This document shows positions 59,289-64,000 of a stretch of 64,000 bases of DNA, piece by piece. Source of the DNA: Neovahlkampfia damariscottae. Taxonomy: Eukaryota. The position numbers and the translations under genes were made by a program. How positions within the stretch are numbered: the first letter of the stretch is position 1; every line of letters begins with the position of its first letter. Where the stretch lies: assembly GCA_016618085.1 (NCBI GenBank), contig JABLTG010000102.1, forward strand, positions 1 to 64,000, given 5' to 3'. The notes under the pieces were generated by a model. That model did no database searches, was not told the origin of the DNA, and saw only the letters and a program-made list of their open reading frames with translations.

Positions 59289-61018
59289 ATGGAGACAATC
59301 AACGATGATGTTTGGAATTCAAGACATGGAATAATCATACAACATTTTCTCAATTTTTTCAAATTTTTTACAACTACTCATGGTAAAAATTTGCTGATAT
59401 ACATTTTATCTATTATCATTTTATTATTTTTTTATATTGTAAAAATAGATGAAGAATATCCAAATAGTTCAAGAGTTTTAGGAGTCACAATTGTTATGAG
59501 TATATTATGGGCGTTTCAATGTTTACCGCTTGCCATCACAGCTCTTTTACCAGTTATACTTTTTCCGTTATTCGGTAATGAAAAAATAAATATTAAATCG
59601 TCATTTTTTAGGTGTTGAAAGTGGATCAAAAGTTGCTTCAGCATATTTTAATGATATTTCAATTATATTTTTAGGTGGTTTTGTGATGGCTTTATCAATG
59701 GAAAGATGGAATCTTCACAAGAGAATTGCACTTTTTGTAATGGTCAAAACTGGAAAAAACTTGGGATTTTTACTTTTCGGTTTTATGTCAATTGGATACT
59801 TCATGAGTATGTGGGCTTCAAACACAGCCACTGCTTTAATTTTAATACCAAATGGAATCGCAATCATTGAAGGTTTAGAATCAACAACTAAAAAAGAAAA
59901 TGTGAAACCATTTTCAGTTGGATTATTCTTGGGTATTGCATTTTCATGTAATATTGGAGGAATTACGACCACTGTTGGAACACCACCAAATTTAATTTTC
60001 TTTCAACAGTATCAAAAATTCTTTCCAAAGAATGAAGTTCCAACTTTTTTTCAATGGATTATTTTTGGATTTGGTCTATCATTAATCTTTCAAATTATAC
60101 TTTTTCTCCTAATTTATGTCTTTTATGTTTTAAGAACTTATTATTATATCAAAAAATCTCAAAAAGAAGAATATCAAAATTTATCACCAGATTTAGAAGA
60201 AACATCATCAATACAAGAAAAAAAAGCATTAATTGACATTACTCCATTGAAGGAAGAATTGAGAAATTTAGGAGGTGTAAAATTTGAAGAATATGTCATA
60301 TTGATTTCGTTTTTAATTTTGATCATTCTTTGGATTACTAGAACTGGAATTGAAAAAATTCCAGGTTGGGGTCGATTATTTCCAGTTGGATTTCCTACTG
60401 ATGGAACTCCTGCTGTATTAATGGCATTTTTATTGTTTGTTATTCCAGCAAAGAATACACCAGTTTTGGATTATCCAAATGAAAAAGTTCATTGTATTAT
60501 GGACTGGCAAACTATGAAGAATTTTCCTTGGGATATTATTTTACTTTTTGGAGGTGGTTTTGCATTAGCTGATGGTTTTATTGTTTCAGGTTTATCAGAA
60601 TTCATTGCTCATAAAATGATATTACTTAAATCAATTCCAATGATTTTATTGATTGCATTGGTTTGTTTTACTGTTGTTGCTGTTACTTCTGTTACATCAA
60701 ATATCGCAACAACTCAAATCTTTCTTCCAATATTGGCATCTTTAAGTACAGCTGTGGGTATTCATCCATTGAATTTGATGATTCCAGCAACAATTTCAGC
60801 TTCATTTGCATTTTTATTGCCTGTTTCAACAGCACCAAATATGATTGCTTTCACCACAAAAAGGTATCAAACATATTATTAATAGAATTCCAATTAGATT
60901 AAGAATTATTGACATGGCAATTTTAGGTTTCTTTTTATCAATAATTGGATGTTTTCTGGTAACTGTTTATAGTTTCATATTTGTTCCATTGATTTTTGAT
61001 GTAACATTAAAACAATAA
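59289..61018 (+). CDS. SLC13/DASS sodium:sulfate/carboxylate symporter
   Basis: LPLAITALLP, ERWNLHKRIAL, SMWASNTAT, GTPPN, WDIILLFGGGFALA, SNIAT, FLLPVSTAPN; two introns. Confidence 0.93.
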
Positions 61019-61040
61019 ATTCAACTAATATCTTAATAAT

Positions 61041-62867
61041 TTATTTCAATTTATTCTTCTTTCCAAAAACATCTAATGCCTTTACAAGAATTGGACAATT
61101 AAATTCATCAGCAATTTCAATTAAAGATTCATAATTATCTTTTTCAATCATTTGAACAATCAAATTTTGACAATCTGTTTTCAGAGAACGTATCATGTAC
61201 ATATCAGAAGCATATAAACATTCAACAACATTTTCATAATTCAAATAATCATTTTTGTTTGGAGTTTCAGAATACAAATAAGTTAGGATTACTTTTGAAA
61301 CATCTACATTAAATTCTGATTGGATTGTTTGTTGTGTACTTTCTAAAAGACCTAAAGCAAACATCTTTTCAAAATAAACTGATCTACAAGTCAAAACCAC
61401 TTTGTGAGCAGGTAGAATTTTGATTTCATCTGTTTTAGAATCAAAACAAGAAAATTCAATATCCGAATGTTTTTCTTTGATATTGTTTGATACTAATTCA
61501 AAAATATTCTTCTCCATAAAGCTTTCTAAATCAATTTCAATTTTTTTGTCGAAGAAAATGTTTTGAAAAAGTTTTGATAATTTTTCATGCTTGATAAATG
61601 TTGAAAAATAATCAATTCCTTCTGATTGCAATTTTTTCAATTCTTCTTTTGAAATACCATAAAAAGTTGGTGAATACACAAATTTTATGAATTGATACGC
61701 ACAAAATGAAGATACTTCTTTTGGTAAATAAATTTCATTTTTTGATAACTCAAATCCTCCACAAACAACTGATAAAATACATTTATGAGCATATATTATA
61801 GTTTCATCAAGACATATAAATTTAAAATCACTGAATTCTTTTTCATTAAATGATTTGAAAATATCCATTGAAAAGTTTAAATCAATATCAACTCTTTCCA
61901 TAATATCATTTAAATGATCTCGAATTTCACCTCTTATTTTTTTAGATAAGTTCCAAAATACATAATTTGCACGGGATTCAACAATATCTTGACAAGTTTC
62001 AGAATTCTGTGAAAGATTTGCTACAATGAAAGTTGCATAAATTAATATTTCTTCAATGAAACCATCCCATTCCATTTTTTCATCTCCTAAAATTTTAATC
62101 AATTTACAAACATCAACAATAACTCTTGCTTTGATTCCTTCTTTTCTATTTTCTGTTGGCATTAAAAATGAAGAAAGTCCTTTGATATTTGAAATGAGTT
62201 TTGTTTTTTTTGACATTTTGAAATCAGTATCAAATGAAATTTTAATATTTTTCAAAAAACTGGCCATTGTTCCTGTTGCTTGATGAATTGCTTGTGCTTC
62301 TTTTTTTTGTTTTTTTAAAAGTTTTTCTTCTTCTGTTAACTCTTTGATTATTTTTTTTGGTTTCACTCTTTTAGCATATTCTATTTCAGTATCTTTTAAA
62401 TATTCTCCTTTGGAAATTTCTATTGTTCTTAGTATAAAATAATCAGGATAAGAAATTCTATTTTTGTATTTTGGGTTTTTGGCGCGGAAGTCAGAAATCA
62501 AGTCAAATTTTTCTTTTTTTTTGTCTTTTTCTGACTTAGTGTTCTTTTCACTGTCCCAAAGGTGTTTGTAGTTATTATTGTATTGTAAAATTGTTTTCAG
62601 ACATTTTCCTTTTCCTATTTTTGATATGTAATTGTTGAGTTGATTTGTGTGAATTTCAGAAACTTCACTTCTAATCCAATACTCTATTTTTGGTTGTGAT
62701 TCTGGATAGTTGTTTGGAAATTCAAAAACTATTGTGTTTTGACCCCAACAATAATGAACTGTTGTTTCATCCACTTGTTCAAATTTTTTCACTTGTGATT
62801 TTGGAAATGTATTAATTTCCTTTCTGATTGAATATTCTAACTCTTTCAAGTCTGTTTCATCAGTCAT
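61041..62867 (-). CDS. RWD-like + tandem BTB/POZ protein, intronless
   Basis: FEFPNNYPESQP (RWD/UBC-like); FSDFKFIC...YAHKCILS and HSDIEF...PAHKVVLTCRSVYFEKMF (two BTB domains). Confidence 0.82.
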   Translation of the reverse strand: MTDETDLKELEYSIRKEINTFPKSQVKKFEQVDETTVHYCWGQNTIVFEFPNNYPESQPKIEYWIRSEVSEIHTNQLNNYISKIGKGKCLKTILQYNNNYKHLWDSEKNTKSEKDKKKEKFDLISDFRAKNPKYKNRISYPDYFILRTIEISKGEYLKDTEIEYAKRVKPKKIIKELTEEEKLLKKQKKEAQAIHQATGTMASFLKNIKISFDTDFKMSKKTKLISNIKGLSSFLMPTENRKEGIKARVIVDVCKLIKILGDEKMEWDGFIEEILIYATFIVANLSQNSETCQDIVESRANYVFWNLSKKIRGEIRDHLNDIMERVDIDLNFSMDIFKSFNEKEFSDFKFICLDETIIYAHKCILSVVCGGFELSKNEIYLPKEVSSFCAYQFIKFVYSPTFYGISKEELKKLQSEGIDYFSTFIKHEKLSKLFQNIFFDKKIEIDLESFMEKNIFELVSNNIKEKHSDIEFSCFDSKTDEIKILPAHKVVLTCRSVYFEKMFALGLLESTQQTIQSEFNVDVSKVILTYLYSETPNKNDYLNYENVVECLYASDMYMIRSLKTDCQNLIVQMIEKDNYESLIEIADEFNCPILVKALDVFGKKNKLK

Positions 62868-62986
62868 CACTTGTCTTTTTTTTTTTGTAAAAACAAACCA
62901 ATAAAAAACGACTCAATCTTGGAATTGAAAAAGAAATAGGAAATTCAAAAAAAATTCAAAACTAATTTATTTTGATATTTTGATGA

Positions 62987-64000
62987 TTATTCTTTGAAAA
63001 GAAGCATATGATCTTTTTCTAATGAATTTCCTGAGAATTCTTTTTCCCAAAGTTCTTGATATTTCTCTTGACAATCATCATCAAATTTATCAGGCCAAGG
63101 AGAATGATCAACAAAAAAACCAACCACATTTTCACAATCATTAAGATAATCTAAAGGATGAGCCATATGAGCATGCCAAATTAAATCAATTGCATATGAT
63201 GGATGACCTTGAATCTCAGGATAAACAGCATTCATATACATGAAACGTTCATAAGATTTAATTTGATATTCAAGTTGATCAAGTTTACCAGAACGATCAA
63301 AATGGGTTGACATAAAACTATTATAAAATGAAACCCAATCTCTATCCTTTTTAACATCATCAAAAGAAATGGAAAAAACATTTTTAAAGTTTGAATCTAA
63401 TTTCATTTTTTTTATATCGACATCAATGCAAAGAATTTGTTTGTTTTCATTCGTTGAATATTTTTCGAATAATTTTCCATTATAATTTTCTTTATATGTA
63501 TCTTTCCATAATTTAGAAGTTGTTTCCATTGCCTTTTGAATGAGCAAAAAATCATATTTTGAAGATAAATGATGATCAATAACTTTGTTGTATAATTTTT
63601 TGCAATCTTTTTGATATAAAGAAGGTCTGATTAAATGAGACATCCAAATACATTCAATATCAATAGTAGGAACTAAGAATGCATCTGGGTATTTAGATTT
63701 CAAGTCCATAAATTTTTTATATCTTTCCAATCCAAATTTCAAGAAATTTTCATTTGAGTGTTCTGATATTTGTGATTCAAGTTCAATTAATTTAAATGCA
63801 GATTGTTTTAAATAAGTCAAACTTTTCATTGAAATGGTCAAATTTGATTGATCATCTGGATGAGCTGTGAAACCACCAACTTGTTTGAAAGTATGTTTTA
63901 ACTGTTTTCTTTCTTCACTTGGTGGTGGACGGGCTCTTTTACATGCTCTTCTACCAAAGAATTTTTGATCAAGAATCTTTTGTTTTTCTTGTTGTTCTTT
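62987..64000 (-). CDS. Glycine-rich domain-containing protein (GRDP/DUF1399), 3' part
   Basis: Two repeats, RYKKFM...LVPTIDIECIWMSHLIRPSLYQKDC and SYERFM...PSYAIDLIWHAHMAHPLDYLNDC. Frame is open to the window end. Confidence 0.85.
   Translation of the reverse strand, partial: KEQQEKQKILDQKFFGRRACKRARPPPSEERKQLKHTFKQVGGFTAHPDDQSNLTISMKSLTYLKQSAFKLIELESQISEHSNENFLKFGLERYKKFMDLKSKYPDAFLVPTIDIECIWMSHLIRPSLYQKDCKKLYNKVIDHHLSSKYDFLLIQKAMETTSKLWKDTYKENYNGKLFEKYSTNENKQILCIDVDIKKMKLDSNFKNVFSISFDDVKKDRDWVSFYNSFMSTHFDRSGKLDQLEYQIKSYERFMYMNAVYPEIQGHPSYAIDLIWHAHMAHPLDYLNDCENVVGFFVDHSPWPDKFDDDCQEKYQELWEKEFSGNSLEKDHMLLFKE

Noticed and set aside
1..64000. Alternative genetic code or stop reassignment to explain fragmented ORFs
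   Set aside because: Breaks in conserved genes resolve with short GT-AG introns. TAA and TGA terminate conserved proteins at expected ends, and TGG encodes conserved Trp.
1..64000. U12/AT-AC introns, CRISPR arrays, transposase or reverse-transcriptase genes
   Set aside because: All introns I resolved are GT-AG without an RTATCCTT donor; no repeat-spacer array or mobile-element ORF was recognised.

Overview
Gene-dense, very AT-rich eukaryotic nuclear DNA from a protist. It uses the standard genetic code and has tiny GT-AG spliceosomal introns, mostly 28-43 nt. The gene content (DUF4116 repeats, AIG1-like GTPase, sacsin, compact introns) suggests a free-living amoeba, possibly a heterolobosean; this is inference only. 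I reconstructed about 38 intact protein genes by splicing by hand. They include EndoV, an AAAP transporter, TMEM151, M43 pappalysin-like, RhoGAP, G-alpha, adenosine kinase, YbeY, XRN, OSCA/TMEM63, sacsin, RPB10, SmE, MaoC dehydratase, ADAT3, MPP-beta, CDK1/2, CCAR1, SLC13, RWD-BTB and GRDP. There is also one 5S rRNA, one tRNA-Ser(UGA) and several decayed gene relics. Most notable observations: (1) an XRN 5'-3' exoribonuclease with a complete PITH (proteasome-interacting) domain spliced in frame between its two conserved nuclease regions; (2) an apparently obligatory 1-nt exon in the MaoC dehydratase gene; (3) a double-length G-alpha intron that looks like an intron nested inside another intron's branch point; (4) a duplicated bidirectional promoter with reciprocal start loss bracketing CCAR1; (5) an OSCA channel with a signal peptide and PSI-like ectodomain; (6) near-universal CCAAT boxes just upstream of start codons, and a Myb/E2F/NF-Y-like CDK promoter. 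All family assignments come from motif recognition by eye; no database searches were run.
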